DNA of 64,000 bases, from NCBI GenBank assembly GCA_002189035.1, contig NEEC01000013.1:1364001-1428000 (forward strand). The letters are read 5' to 3'. The notes below the pieces were generated by a model. It had not been told where the DNA came from and made no database searches. It saw only the letters and a program-made list of their open reading frames with translations. Both the position numbers and the translations under genes were made by a program. This document shows, piece after piece, positions 28,380-39,942 of the stretch. The DNA comes from Utricularia gibba. Lineage: Eukaryota; Plantae; Magnoliophyta. Within the stretch, counting starts at the first letter, position 1. The number at the start of each line of letters is the position of its first letter.

Positions 28380-28680
28380 ACTACCGATTATAGGTGGTAT
28401 CGATTCTAACTAGAACGAGGTTAGAAACTAAACCGTCGGTTCCTGTTATGCATTCAAACAATAATCAATTGGTTTCGATTATGGTTAGATTCGAGAATAT
28501 CAGTTTTAATTTTGAACCGAAATTGTTTGTACGGTTCTAATTTAGATTCGATTAAAGATTTTGGGATTCGGTTCTAAACCGAAACCGAAACCGTTGTCCA
28601 CGGTAAACTACGATTTTGAAACCGATGATTCACTAAATCGCACAGTTCCAAATTGAAACCATACGGTTTGAAAGTTATCG
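28380..28680. mobile_element. Degenerate non-autonomous DNA transposon with repeated AACCG/CGGTT motifs (hAT-like)
   Basis: Many aaccg/cggtt words (aaaccgtcggtt, gaaccgaa, cggttc, aaaccgaaaccgaaaccg, gaaaccg), as in subterminal arrays of plant hAT derivatives. TIRs not resolved. Confidence 0.4.
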
Positions 28681-29216
28681 CACTACTACTAACGATGTCC
28701 ATTTGTTTGACGCACCGAAAAAGATGGTCAAATTCATAAATCACCCGATTTTTTGCGCTTTTTTTTTAAAAAATCAACACATTAGAACTAATCATCATGA
28801 TGTATTATAAATTTGCGCAATTTATTAATCTATAGTATAACTTTTAAATTTTTTTAATTTAATGTGTGAGATATAGAAATCAATTATGATGCAGAAAGGA
28901 GTACGGTCGCTTCAAGCCGGTGGGATGGATGATGTGCCGGTTTTCCGATGAATGGGATTGGTTGCAGATACGGCTGTGAACGGGACCTTTGCATTGCATT
29001 AGGGCTTCGAATTAATTAAATGGGTGCGAGGAGTTCTTTCTCGGTGACTGCGCTCCAACAAACAAATCCAATCATGGTCTCCCAATTGCAAAAGCAGCAA
29101 GAATCCCCTCAGCCTTCGGAGGGCAGGGCGGGGCATTCTTGGTACCATCCATCCGGCCCTCGTATTGATCCGTCTCTAGTATTCGATTTCATGAGTAGGG
29201 GGAGAGAACAGTGACG

Positions 29217-31746
29217 TTAACACTGCGCGCCTCTACGGCAGTTGAGAGCTCCAGCTTCGGAGGTAAGAATGGCTACTGAGGATGAAGATCTTGCCGCCAG
29301 ACTGGACGCCCGGGCGTAGCTGGTTTTAGCTCCGCCTCCTGAGGGGACAAAATAAGCCCCGTTCAGCATCAGATCTCCCTCTGATCTCCAGTTCCAGTTC
29401 CTCCACTTTCCTGTCTTGCCGTTGATTCTATGAGTGACCTGCCAAGTTTCAAACTTTCTTTTTTTTAGATGTTCAACTAAAAAGTAAGGAACTGATCACG
29501 AGAATCGAATAGGAAGTCCCTCATACCTCTTTAGCAAAAGGGTTGTTTGGGGCTATAAATCGGTTGCCTTGGCTGTTGATTGTAGGATCAGCACTTCCTC
29601 CGATTGCATACATTTCCCAATGGGTGTAATCATTGTTCACCACATGGAAATGCCCATGTCTGCACCTGCATTCATTCATATTCACATCCCATGATTTACT
29701 TCTTCGTACCTGATTGCAAAGTTATAGAAGAATGGATCACAGAGCTTAAGAACAAATTGACTACCTAGGCATGCGTTGTATCAAGCCTTCTCCGAAATGG
29801 TTGAAGGCAATGGTGGCCTGCATTCCCCTGTCTCTTGCGTAGCTGTCACTGTGCCCCAACAGAATAACCTGCGAAAACGCAATTCAATTTCATATTCTAC
29901 GGAAGAAACAAAGATTGTTGATTTACCTCGTTGTGATGAGTGAAGTAATTGTTGGAAATTGTCACGGCGGTAGACCCCATGATTACATCAACCAAGCCAT
30001 CGGCGCAGCTGGAGAATGAATTGTGATCAATCCAAATGTGACTTGCCCCGAATATGGAAACCGCATCTCCGTCGGCCTTCGTCCTCCACCCGTAGTGAGA
30101 CGGCGAGCTTCTCACCATGGCGTTACCCGTGGGCTTACAGTCATGGATATGGAGCCCATGGATGATAATATTGGTCACGAATTGGATGGTAATGCAGGCG
30201 CCGTTTGCGATGTGGACGTTGGCCCCGCGCCCGTCGATCGTCTTGAAGCTGTTCATGATCAGCTCTTGCTTCAACGTAATCACCATGTCCCTTTTGAACA
30301 CAATCCAGAGAGGGGTGTCCTGGATCACGGCGTGGCGGAGAGTTCCCGGCTTAGGGTTCACTGGGTCGTCGTCCCCTGGATCGGTGACCACGTAGTATCG
30401 CCCGTCGCGTCCTCCGACGGCGTTGCGCCCGAATCCGATGGAGCAATCCGCCAATCGGCGCCGGTTCTTCATCCAGTTCCGGTCGCATCTCCAGCAATCG
30501 TCGATGGGGTTCCCGCTGCCGCATGAGAAGAATCCAAGCTCCCTTCTCTCAGTCGTCTTGTTAATAGCCCTGCAATTATTACTTTCCACGTTAGCAATCT
30601 TAAACTGCAAGGATCTCTCTTCCCCTCTTCACTCCTCCCCCATTTATTGATACATGAGATTGCCATTCTTCTACCATCTAGAGCTGGTACAAGTCCCCTC
30701 TCTCAGACGCTTCAATCACTGGAAATGGCAAAGTACTTACCCAAGTCTACAGAGTGCATTAGCTTAAGAATAGTATGCTTCAAACACGACTTTCCTTCCA
30801 TGTATGCATTCATTACAGGACACCGACTCAAGGGAGCTGTGGTAGGTATCCAACCAACAGTAGAAAATTGAATGCTCCTAAGAGAAGAGCATGTACGTTG
30901 AAATGTAGACCACTCGGTGCAGTCGTCGTCTAGTCCATGTTGCCATTAAATACATTTTGTTTCTTGGTGGTGGCAGTAAAAGCCAGCGGCCAAGAACACA
31001 GACCACAGATCTGGATCCACCGCTTGTGGTTCAACTTTCCCAATACTCCCAAACCAAGATAGATAAACTACACGTAAGAGAAAGGCCTACCATGGTGGAA
31101 GATTGATCACGAGGATAGGTCACAAGGGTCGTAGAGTGGGATGTATTCACAGGGAAAACAACGCCATGTGCGATGGGCCAGCAGAATTCGAAAAAGATGC
31201 TCAAGAATTGAATCAACGGTCACTGACAATCGTTTAATCTTTCTTTATAGATTTTCCTAAATATGAATTGACCATTAACACTTAAGCTGAACATAACGTT
31301 TTCATTAAGAGCTACTTATCACGTGACTGTCAAGATGATTAGTATGCTCATAATTGAATTATGAGGAAAAGAAGGGACTTACATGCCAAATATGGCGGCA
31401 GAAACTGCATCTGGATCATCAGCAGCTTCACTTCGATTCTCAAACGCTGGTAATCTACAGTAAAAAAATGGATACTGCAGTTAATTCATTCATCCCAGCG
31501 CAATAAAAAAAAAAAAAACAGAGCAACTTAAGAGTTCTCGGTGAATTAGCCAACTAGATTGCGGTAGCGAGAACTCGGACTACTAAACTAACGACCGAGA
31601 TTTGCGTGAATCGTGTGATGCAGGTGAAATTAGCCCGTGGATTCCTGGATCGAACAATCGAGAAGCTAAAATCACCTTTCTGTGGCGTCGGCGAGCAATG
31701 CGGCCGCCAAGCAGACGACGGCGAAAAACCTGGCCGCAACCGCCAT
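29217..31746 (-). CDS. Pectate lyase (PL1), secreted, 6 exons
   Basis: Signal peptide; [84 protein letters not shown]. Frames intact. Confidence 0.95.
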
Positions 31747-32520
31747 CGGACGGAGGAGATCGAGTTTTGCTGTAATCAACTGCGGCGGCGAATAAATGAA
31801 CCGATGAAGCACGAGCAGTAACGGGAACCGACAGGGAAGTGTGAAACTGAAGCGTATGGAAGAAGAAGACGCGGAAGCGCAGTTATATTTATATAAGCCG
31901 ACTTTCATGAGCAGGGAAAACGAAAGGTAATACCTTTTATAAGCTATTACCGTTTTTAATAACACATTTCTTTTATGTGATCTGAATGCACATGATAGGA
32001 ATTCACACTGCATGTGCCCTCTGCATCTGGGTAGCATTTTTGTGTATTAAGTTAAAAAAACGTTAAAAAAAGAGAGAGAAATAGTGAAATTAATATTATT
32101 TATTTACGAATTATTTTGGGACCCCAAGGAGGACAATAAAGTACCGTATATTAAAAAAAAGGGACTTTGGTTATGCGATGCCGACCTAATTTTAATAGGT
32201 AAAGAAATGTACCAGTTGGCATGTAATGTAGTTGTCCCATATGTGTAATTTCTGGGCCTCCAAAATGTCGGAGGTTATCTTTTGGAGAAGCCACGTATGC
32301 CTTTTTCCATGATTTCTCTCCCGCGATGCTGCATTTCAAGAGCGTGTTGTGATATTAGCAATGCTGAGTATTAAAATAAGTAATTTCATATTAAAAAATG
32401 AAATTAAAATAATCAAATATATAATAAGTATAGATTATTAATAATGAATTATGTTTAATATTTTTTAATATGATTTACGTTTATTGTATAATAAAAGTTG
32501 ATGTATATTTAAACAACGGT

Positions 32521-32737
32521 TTAGAAAATTTTTGAAATCTATTTTTACTTTTTAAAATTATTTTTAAAAAGTAAAAATAAAAAAATAGTAACAAAATTTA
32601 TTATTTTTTTATAAGTAATTTTTGTAGTATAATTTTAAAAATATTTTTGATAAAATTATTTTTACAATTAAAATTATTATAGAATAAAACTATTTTTACT
32701 TCTGAAAAATAAAAATAATTTTTTAAATTTTTTCATA
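32521..32737 (+). mobile_element. AT-rich MITE-like element, copy B (same family as 3731-3945)
   Basis: Colinear similarity to 3731-3945 and imperfect terminal inverted repeats. Confidence 0.6.
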
Positions 32738-33222
32738 ACACTAATTTATTACATACATCGAATTATTAATTTCAAATCAAAATATTTGGCATTATGGTGA
32801 CAGATGATGGTCCCAAATCACCACAAGGAACCAGCACTAGAGGTTAGGTCTTTCGGAATGTAGTCCTTTATAAGGGAGGAAACCCATTTTGTATCGGGTT
32901 TCGATCTGTATCTGAATTTGCAGGACACTTGGGAAACGAGGTATAGAGGGATCCAGTGAAATGGCTGCAAAGCGAGTGAATCGACTGAATGTGCATGGAG
33001 GTGTCAGCTACAGTCCCCACGTCGATCATCATAAAGGAGCTGAACTACCCAATAAAATCCATGGCGATGAAGAAGTATAGGGGCCGGGTTGGTTTGTCTG
33101 ATCTCCCTCTTATGGAGGTTTCGGAGCAAAGTGATGCTATCTGCTTTCAGAATCAAGATTGTCCATTGTTGTTATATACAGTTGCTGTTATTGTCTCCTG
33201 CACCAGCATTTTCACAGCCCCC

Positions 33223-35282
33223 ATGGATGAAAGCAAGGTTACCTCTGTTGAGAGACCTGGGAAGCCAATAAGATGCAGAGGTAATTTGAAGACGTGTGAT
33301 TCATTCGTCAATTTTGGTTTTTCTTCTCGAAGATGGGATCTTGCAGCGGCGGTGGCAAGGAGGCCCGGGGGACCGCTTGTGTTGGAACAAGTGATCGTGG
33401 CTCTTCCGAAAGCAGCGGAAGTTCGTGTCAAGATCATATGCTCTTCTCTCTGTCACAGCGATGTCATCTTCATGGAACTCCAAGTTCGTGTATTTTGCAG
33501 TTTCCCAAGTTCATTTTTCGTTTCTTTGCTCACGAAGTTCCTGTCTGTTTGAAGGATCCCCCGGCTGTATTTCCCAGAATCCTGGGCCATGAATCCGTCG
33601 GGTAATTTTCTACTTCATCGTTCATTCTGATAGCTTACAAATCCCGATTCATGAGATTAGTGTAGAGTAGCCGTCCAACTGTTCGACGATTTTCCTCTGT
33701 AAGTATTATAGAAAGCGTAGGCGAAGGTGTAACTGAGTTTTCAGAAGGTGATATGGCAATCCCAATATTCTTACCCGACTGCGGAGAATGCATCGACCGC
33801 ACATCCCACAAAAGCAATGTCTGCTCTAAGTTCCCGATCCATGTTTCTCCGTGGATGCATGACGGAACAAGCAGATTTACTAACCTCGAAGGGGAAACCT
33901 TGCACTATTTCCTTTTTGTGTCGAGTTTCAGTGAGTTCACTGTTCTGAACGTTGCAAATGTTACAAAGTTTGATCCAATGGCCATCCCATCAGAGATGGC
34001 TTGTCTCTTGAGCTGTGGAGTGACTACTGGTACTATAGATACGCATGGTCTTTATCCATACAGTTAACTCCTGGATTTTCTTTCAGGCTTTGGAGCGGCA
34101 TGGAAAGCTGCAAATGTTGAACCCCGATCCACTGTCGCCATCTCTTGGTTTGGGAACAATTGGATTAGCGGTAGCCATACCAAGCGTCTGTTTAGGTACT
34201 CTGCAAACTCTTCATCTTCCCTGTCGCTCTGATTCAAGTCATTCCCATGAAGGTAACTGCTACTAGAAACTTGAAAACAGTAACTGTTACTAGAAACTGT
34301 TCGGCTTCCCAAAGCATATGAAAAGCCTCTGCTCTTTTTCAACATGCAAACAGTTTGGAGTCACTGACTTTGTGAACTCAATGAACTGCGGAGACAGGCC
34401 TTTAAGCAAGGTATGATTCCTCCGTCTCCCCTCTCCCTTCATCCTTCAAAAAACACCAAGAGTTACGCATCCTCAGATCATAACGGAGATGAATGATGGA
34501 GGAGCAGACTACTGCTTTGAATGTTGGGAAACAGCTTCTTAGATGAGGAAGCATTCCACTCGTGCCGCATGGTTTGCTCCTATCCCATAAACGCTACAGG
34601 GGAGGTGAATGTTGTTAACCTGGCTGTGATGAAATGATATGACTTTGAAAAGGGCTGGGGGAAGACAGTGATTCTTGGTGTACACTACTCAGTATCCCAA
34701 GTGAAGTTAGTATATTTAATGGTTTCAGAAAATATTGATGTGATTTTCTAGAAATCATTATTATCTTTACGAAAACCACTAAATTCTAAATCAAAAGAAG
34801 TAAGTATTAAGTAAACATCACTTCATGTTTTTTCTATGATTTTTATATTTGTTTTCAAAAATTGATAAAATAAATTAAAAAACTTCGTAAAGAAAATTTA
34901 ATAAAGAAAAGACACATCATAAATCACTAAACATGTTTTTACAATCGAGCAGCATCCTCAACGATGGGATGTATGGATTTATCGATTTACGAATTCGAAT
35001 ATGTGAATTCGTGATTTGAAAAATTATGGATACGTTAAATTAATTTTAATTTATAATATTTAAATTATATTAAAAGTAGATAATTAAATTCTTAAAAGCC
35101 CCAGTCTACTTTTTATATAATTTATAACAATTTGATTTTTATAATATTTAAATTATATTAAAAATTATGGATACGTTTGGCCTTGTTGATGAGTAACTAA
35201 CTTGTCCAGCTTCTGTAACAAGGCAATTGATTTGCTGCTGGAGGGGAAGAGCCTCAGGACCCTCTTACGGATGTGCAATTGA
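33223..35282 (+). pseudogene. ADH-like: Zinc alcohol dehydrogenase-like (MDR family) pseudogene
   Basis: Recognisable exons (SLCHSD, PRILGHE, DCGECID, CLLSCGVTTG, FGVTDFVN, GGADYCFEC, GWGKTVILG, NKAIDLLLEGKSLR). Lesions: frameshift near 34143, frameshift near 34522, a structural-Zn Cys changed to Arg, a missing exon, and about 500 bp of AT-rich DNA replacing C-terminal exons. Confidence 0.9.
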
Positions 35283-35391
35283 TGATATGAATAATAATAC
35301 CGGAAAATAAAAATCAAATTTTATTTAATTGGAGGGGCACAAAAAATAATAGTTAAAAAATTTATGTTCATTTTGTTGGGGATTTTTTTTA

Positions 35392-35495
35392 TAGGGTTTT
35401 GATAAATTCTAGAAACCCTATTAATTCCTTGGGGTGGGGTGGAGTGGAGCCTCCGCAGTCTCGTCGTTCGTTCTTCAGTTGTCCGTCTAGGGTTT
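35392..35495. promoter_or_regulatory. Three telo-boxes upstream of Alba, two arranged as an inverted pair
   Basis: TAGGGTTT 35392-35399, AAACCCTA 35413-35420, TAGGGTTT 35488-35495. Confidence 0.55.
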
Positions 35496-35516
35496 TTGGG
35501 GGTTTCCAGTTTCCAA

Positions 35517-37216
35517 ATGGATAGGTATCAGAAAGTGGAGAAGCCGAAGCCTGAGTCGCCGGTGAACGAGAATGAGATTCGCATCACTTCGCAGGGCCTC
35601 GTTCGCAACTACATTAGCTATGCAACCACGCTTCTTCAGGTGTCTTGTTACGTTTTTTTTTTTCTCAATTTTCGTTTCCTTCTCATGCCTTAAGTGCTCC
35701 AATATGTGGTTTGGTTTGGTTTGGTTTGGCTTGGTATTTTTTTTTTCTGTTCGCGTTTGTTCGATACGGAGGGATTTTCATGCCTTGCTTTGTTATGCGG
35801 AAGGTGGTATGGCTGTCATTGGAGCCTTCTGATATATATATTTTTTCTTACGGGGGATGATTCATCGCTATTGCTACATTTTCACTGTTCTACGCTTATG
35901 AAAGGCACTATCATGTATCTCTGGTGTTTGTTTGTTTGATTTTCCCTCTTTGGAATGCCTTAATGTGTTCATTTTAAGATTCGTATATTTCTCAGGAGAG
36001 AAGAGTTAAAGAGATTGTTCTTAAAGCGATGGGCTTGGCAATAAGCAAGGCAGTTGCAGTGGCCGAGATTATAAAGGTTGACCCCGAACTTTTTTCAAAC
36101 CTGTGTTTATTTTGACGTTTTGGTGACATGTAAGTTCTTGGAAAAAAATAGAAAAGGCAGCCCCGGCTGCACCAGGACACTGCCATCAGCTCGGTGAGCA
36201 TTACAGATACCTTTGAACCCATTGAAGAAGGCCTTCAGACGTAAGCTACGAGTTTTTTCCCTTTTGAGTCGATTAAGCAAGTTTTTTGATGCTTTTTTTG
36301 TGCGTCTCACTGGGGGTTGCATATTGCAGCGTGGAGCAGACTCGCCATGTCTCGATGATCTCAATCACATTGTCTACTAGAGATCTTAACAAAAAATCCC
36401 CTGGGTATTGTCCCTGCTAGGTTATGGCAATTTGGACTCTGTGTGGAGCATAACATCACTATGTCCCTCATGGTGTTTTTTTTTTCAGGTATCAAGCACC
36501 ATCTGAAGTGGATCAAGGGAGACAATATTACAACTATGAGCCACAACAGCAACAACCCCTAGGCAACCACGTAATTTTTACAATGCCGGTCCAGTAGGTA
36601 GGAAGTTTAACTTGGATTCAAGTTCTCTTGTCTGTAATTGCCCTTTAATTTCTTTGAAATATCCCAAGACAATTATGTACGAGGAAGAGGTCGTGGCAGA
36701 GGAAGGGGAAGAGGCTGGAATAGAGGTGGATATAACAACTACCAAGGTTTGATTCTCTAGGTTCCTCCCTATTTGCTGTACGTGGAAAATATTATTCCTT
36801 CCGCAAATTCTTACCCCACGATAACTTCTACAACCCTTCTCTCTCCAGATGATGGCATGTATTCTGGCGGTGGCTACAATGGCGGTGGCTATGGTGGAGG
36901 CGGTTACGGTGGTGGTGGCTATTCTAATTGGAGCCGAGGAGGCGGCCGTGGAAACTGGGGATACCGAGGTATCTTTTGCAAATAGTTTCTGCACAGGACT
37001 GCATTCCAAAAAGGTTACAAGACCCTGAAACTCATGTCTTGCTCTTGACACCTTGCAGGTGGCTACGGTTACGGTGGCTACGGAGGAGGTAGAGGTGGCG
37101 GCCCCGGCGGCAGCAACAACGGTGGCGGGCCTGGCGGCAGAGGCTACAGCCAGGGGCGTGGGCGTACGGGCGGCAGAGGCTACAACCGGGGCCGTGGTAA
37201 TAACAACCAAGCTTAG
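35517..37216 (+). CDS. ALBA: Alba DNA/RNA-binding protein (RPP25-like) with RGG tail, 8 exons; apparent 1-nt frameshift at 36556-36559
   Basis: MDRYQKVEKPKPESPVNENEIRITSQG, IVLKAMG.AI.KAV.VAEIIK, HVSMISITLS, YQAP and RGG/YGG repeats. Exon 5 splices in frame to exon 6 only if CCCC is CCCCC. Confidence 0.9.
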
Positions 37217-37560
37217 TCTTCTCCGGTTTCAAATGTTTTGCCTTGCTCGGGCCAATGCTTTGTTGAAAGTCTCTTTATCGCTCTGGAGAAACCGGTGCCC
37301 TCATCCGCTTCAATTTTCAGAAGATCGGACTGCTACTTATACAGTTAGTTCTAACGGCCATGCTTCCATCATGCATTTAATGGGACCCAAAACAAGACAC
37401 GCAATCCCAGTCATCATCGATTTAGGGTATAATTGTTTTAAAATTGAGTTTAATAAAAAAGACGAATGTCGCATTGGGTAGGGATGGTGTAAAGAGATGG
37501 TTTATATGGAGTGAATTTCTATAATCTTGTATGAGATCTTTATACCGTAAGAATTGAACC

Positions 37561-37810
37561 TGAGATAGTGAACATTAAATGTTTAAAACGAACAATATCA
37601 TGTAATCAGGTGAGATAGTGAACATTAAATGTTTAAAACGAACAATATCATGTAATCAGGTGAGATAGTGAACATTAAATGTTTAAAACGAACAATATCA
37701 TGTAATCAGGTGAGATAGTGAACATTAAATGTTTAAAACGAACAATATCATGTAATCAGGTGAAATAGTGAACATTAAATGTTTAAAACGAACAATATCA
37801 TGTAATCAGG
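37561..37810. repeat. Minisatellite: 5 tandem copies of a 50-bp unit
   Basis: Unit tgagatagtgaacattaaatgtttaaaacgaacaatatcatgtaatcagg at 37561, 37611, 37661, 37711 and 37761; copy 5 has one G>A. Confidence 0.97.
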
Positions 37811-38535
37811 TAATAGATACATATAGTGAGAGTTGGTTGCATATTGATAGTGTTGGAGTTATGAAAGACCTAAGTAAATCATGGAAAATATTGAACGTTG
37901 TTTTAAAAATAATGATTAATGGTAGCCGATCAAAATCAAATGAGTTCTTTATGGGTAATGATCGAGACAAAAATATGAGTTGGAGTTGAAACATTCTTGT
38001 GAATAATGTTGACAAAAAAAGGAAGGCAATTAATACATGGTCTAATTACAATCTTGCCCCTCAATATTAAATAAAACGAAAATTAAATAAATAATGTAGC
38101 TACATAAAAGTAGGCATCAATAAAAGGCGCACACTCACGCTCATCCAGTCATCCGTACGAATATTTATCTATTTTTAACTCGGTAAGTGTCCGGTTCCAT
38201 TTGGGATACTTCACATAATAATTATAAATTTATTGAGATTTAATATTATAAATTAGATATTTGAATAATTAAATTGTGTGTAAATTCAATTAAAAAACTT
38301 TATATCAAATATTTGATGATTGATTATTTTTTTGTTAAATAATGCTAGGTACAAGACAATTTGTCACATTTAATTAGGAACAAATTAAAACATTCTAACT
38401 GGAGCATGAACACGGACGCCATTACGACCAGGTTCGAGCTTCTTCCTCCGCCTGTCTTGCCTACTGCGCCTCATACATAAAAACTGGAGCAGCTTGGAAT
38501 CTTACCATCTGCATCACGAAGATTCAGGCCACGAG

Positions 38536-39648
38536 ATGGAACCTCGCAGTTCGAACAGCGACCCCATTCCCATCCACGTTCTCCACAAAGTTCCTTCGGG
38601 CAACGGCCCGTACGTTCGAGCAAAGCAGGCTCAGGTAAGAAGAACAAAACCCTCCGGCAATACTTTGTAGATCTCAATAACCACATGGGCGGCGGCGCTG
38701 CTTCACTGATTGTAGTAATCTTACACCTCAACTGTGTTAGATAGTGGAGAAGGATCCAGAAGCTGCGATAGTCTGGTTCTGGGAAGCCATAAACGCGAGA
38801 GATAAAGTGGACAGTGCGCTCAAGGACATGGCCATGGTGATGAAGCAGATGAACAGAACGGAGGAAGCTATTCAGGTTATCAAGTCTTTCCGTACGCTTT
38901 GCCCCAAAAATTCGCAGGAGTCTCTGGATAATGTTCTGATGGACCTGTACAAGGTAATCCCGGCCCCTCTTTCCTCTTCTTTCCTTCTTCTGAGAGGGAT
39001 GAATAGTGACGGCGGCGGTGAACAGAAATGCGGGAAGGTGGATGAGCAGATCGCGATGCTGAAGCACAAGCTGAAGAAGATATTCATCGGGGAGACGTTC
39101 AACGGGAAGCCCACCAAGGCGGCGCGCTCCCACGGGAAGAAGTTTCAGGTGTCAGTGAAGCAGGAGACGTCCAGACTGCTGGTATGGAACTGAAATGGGG
39201 ATTAGAGGGTTTGAGTGATTCCATGTGAGTTTCATGAGTAGTTGTTTTGTTGATTCCGGTGGCAGGGAAATCTGGGTGGGCGTACATGCAGAAGCCGAAC
39301 TACATAGCGGCGGAGGTGGTGTACAGGAAGGCGCAGATGATCGATCCCGACGCTAACAAGGCGCTCAACCTGTGCCATTGTCTGATCAAGCAGGGCCGCC
39401 GGGAGGAGGCTGGAAGTATCCTGGACGACGTTTTCCGGGGGGCTTTTCCGGGCTCCGATGACGAGAAGTCAAGGAAACGGGCGGACCAGTTGGCGTCGGA
39501 GTTGCGGGAGGGAGACCCCATCATGCAAAGTTTGGAGTTGGAGGATGATTTCATAGAAGCACTGCAACGGATGGTGAACCCTCGGAGGTCTAAGAGACTG
39601 CCTATTTTTGAGCAGATATCGCAGTATGCAGATGATATCGCTTGTTGA
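38536..39648 (+). CDS. SDI1: TPR protein, SULFUR DEFICIENCY INDUCED 1/2-like (MS5 family), 4 exons
   Basis: HKVPSGNGPYVRAKQAQ, VDSALKDMAMVMKQ, SQESLDNVLMDLYKKCG, RSHGKKFQVSVKQETSRLLGNLGWAYMQ, RRSKRLPIFEQIS. Confidence 0.9.
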
Positions 39649-39942
39649 TTCTTCATTTTGTCGCCTTGTGATGGCTTGTAAATGGAACTTGCTGTTCTGT
39701 CTGTGCAAAGTGAAATCATGGAATAAATTTGGGTGTTGATGTACTTGTCTTGCTACTTTATTGTCCCTTCATGGAATCCAATAACTGCTAAAAGGAAGAA
39801 GAGGAGAACAAACACGGCACATCTTCGTATGATGTCACAAGAAGAGATACAAAATATGATAAAAACTGCTAAAAAGGCATGGAAAAATGTAAGGCTACAG
39901 CATCGAGTTTCAGAGGTGAGGGAACTCTATATATATATACCT

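Noticed and set aside
30023-30526. 167-aa plus-strand ORF (likewise 38471-39133, 36578-37210, 23955-24380, 13417-13800)
   Set aside because: These lie antisense to GC-rich exons of pectate lyase, SDI1, Alba, TRM and ALE2; long antisense ORFs are expected from codon bias.
30880-31200. Exon-like blocks in pectate lyase intron 2 (EPQAVDPD-like peptide)
   Set aside because: The gene splices fully in frame without them using exon 2 near 31460-31383; the resemblance is too short to support an alternative exon.
37561-37810. 50-bp array as a CRISPR-like locus
   Set aside because: Units are contiguous with no unique spacers, there are no cas genes, and the context is eukaryotic.
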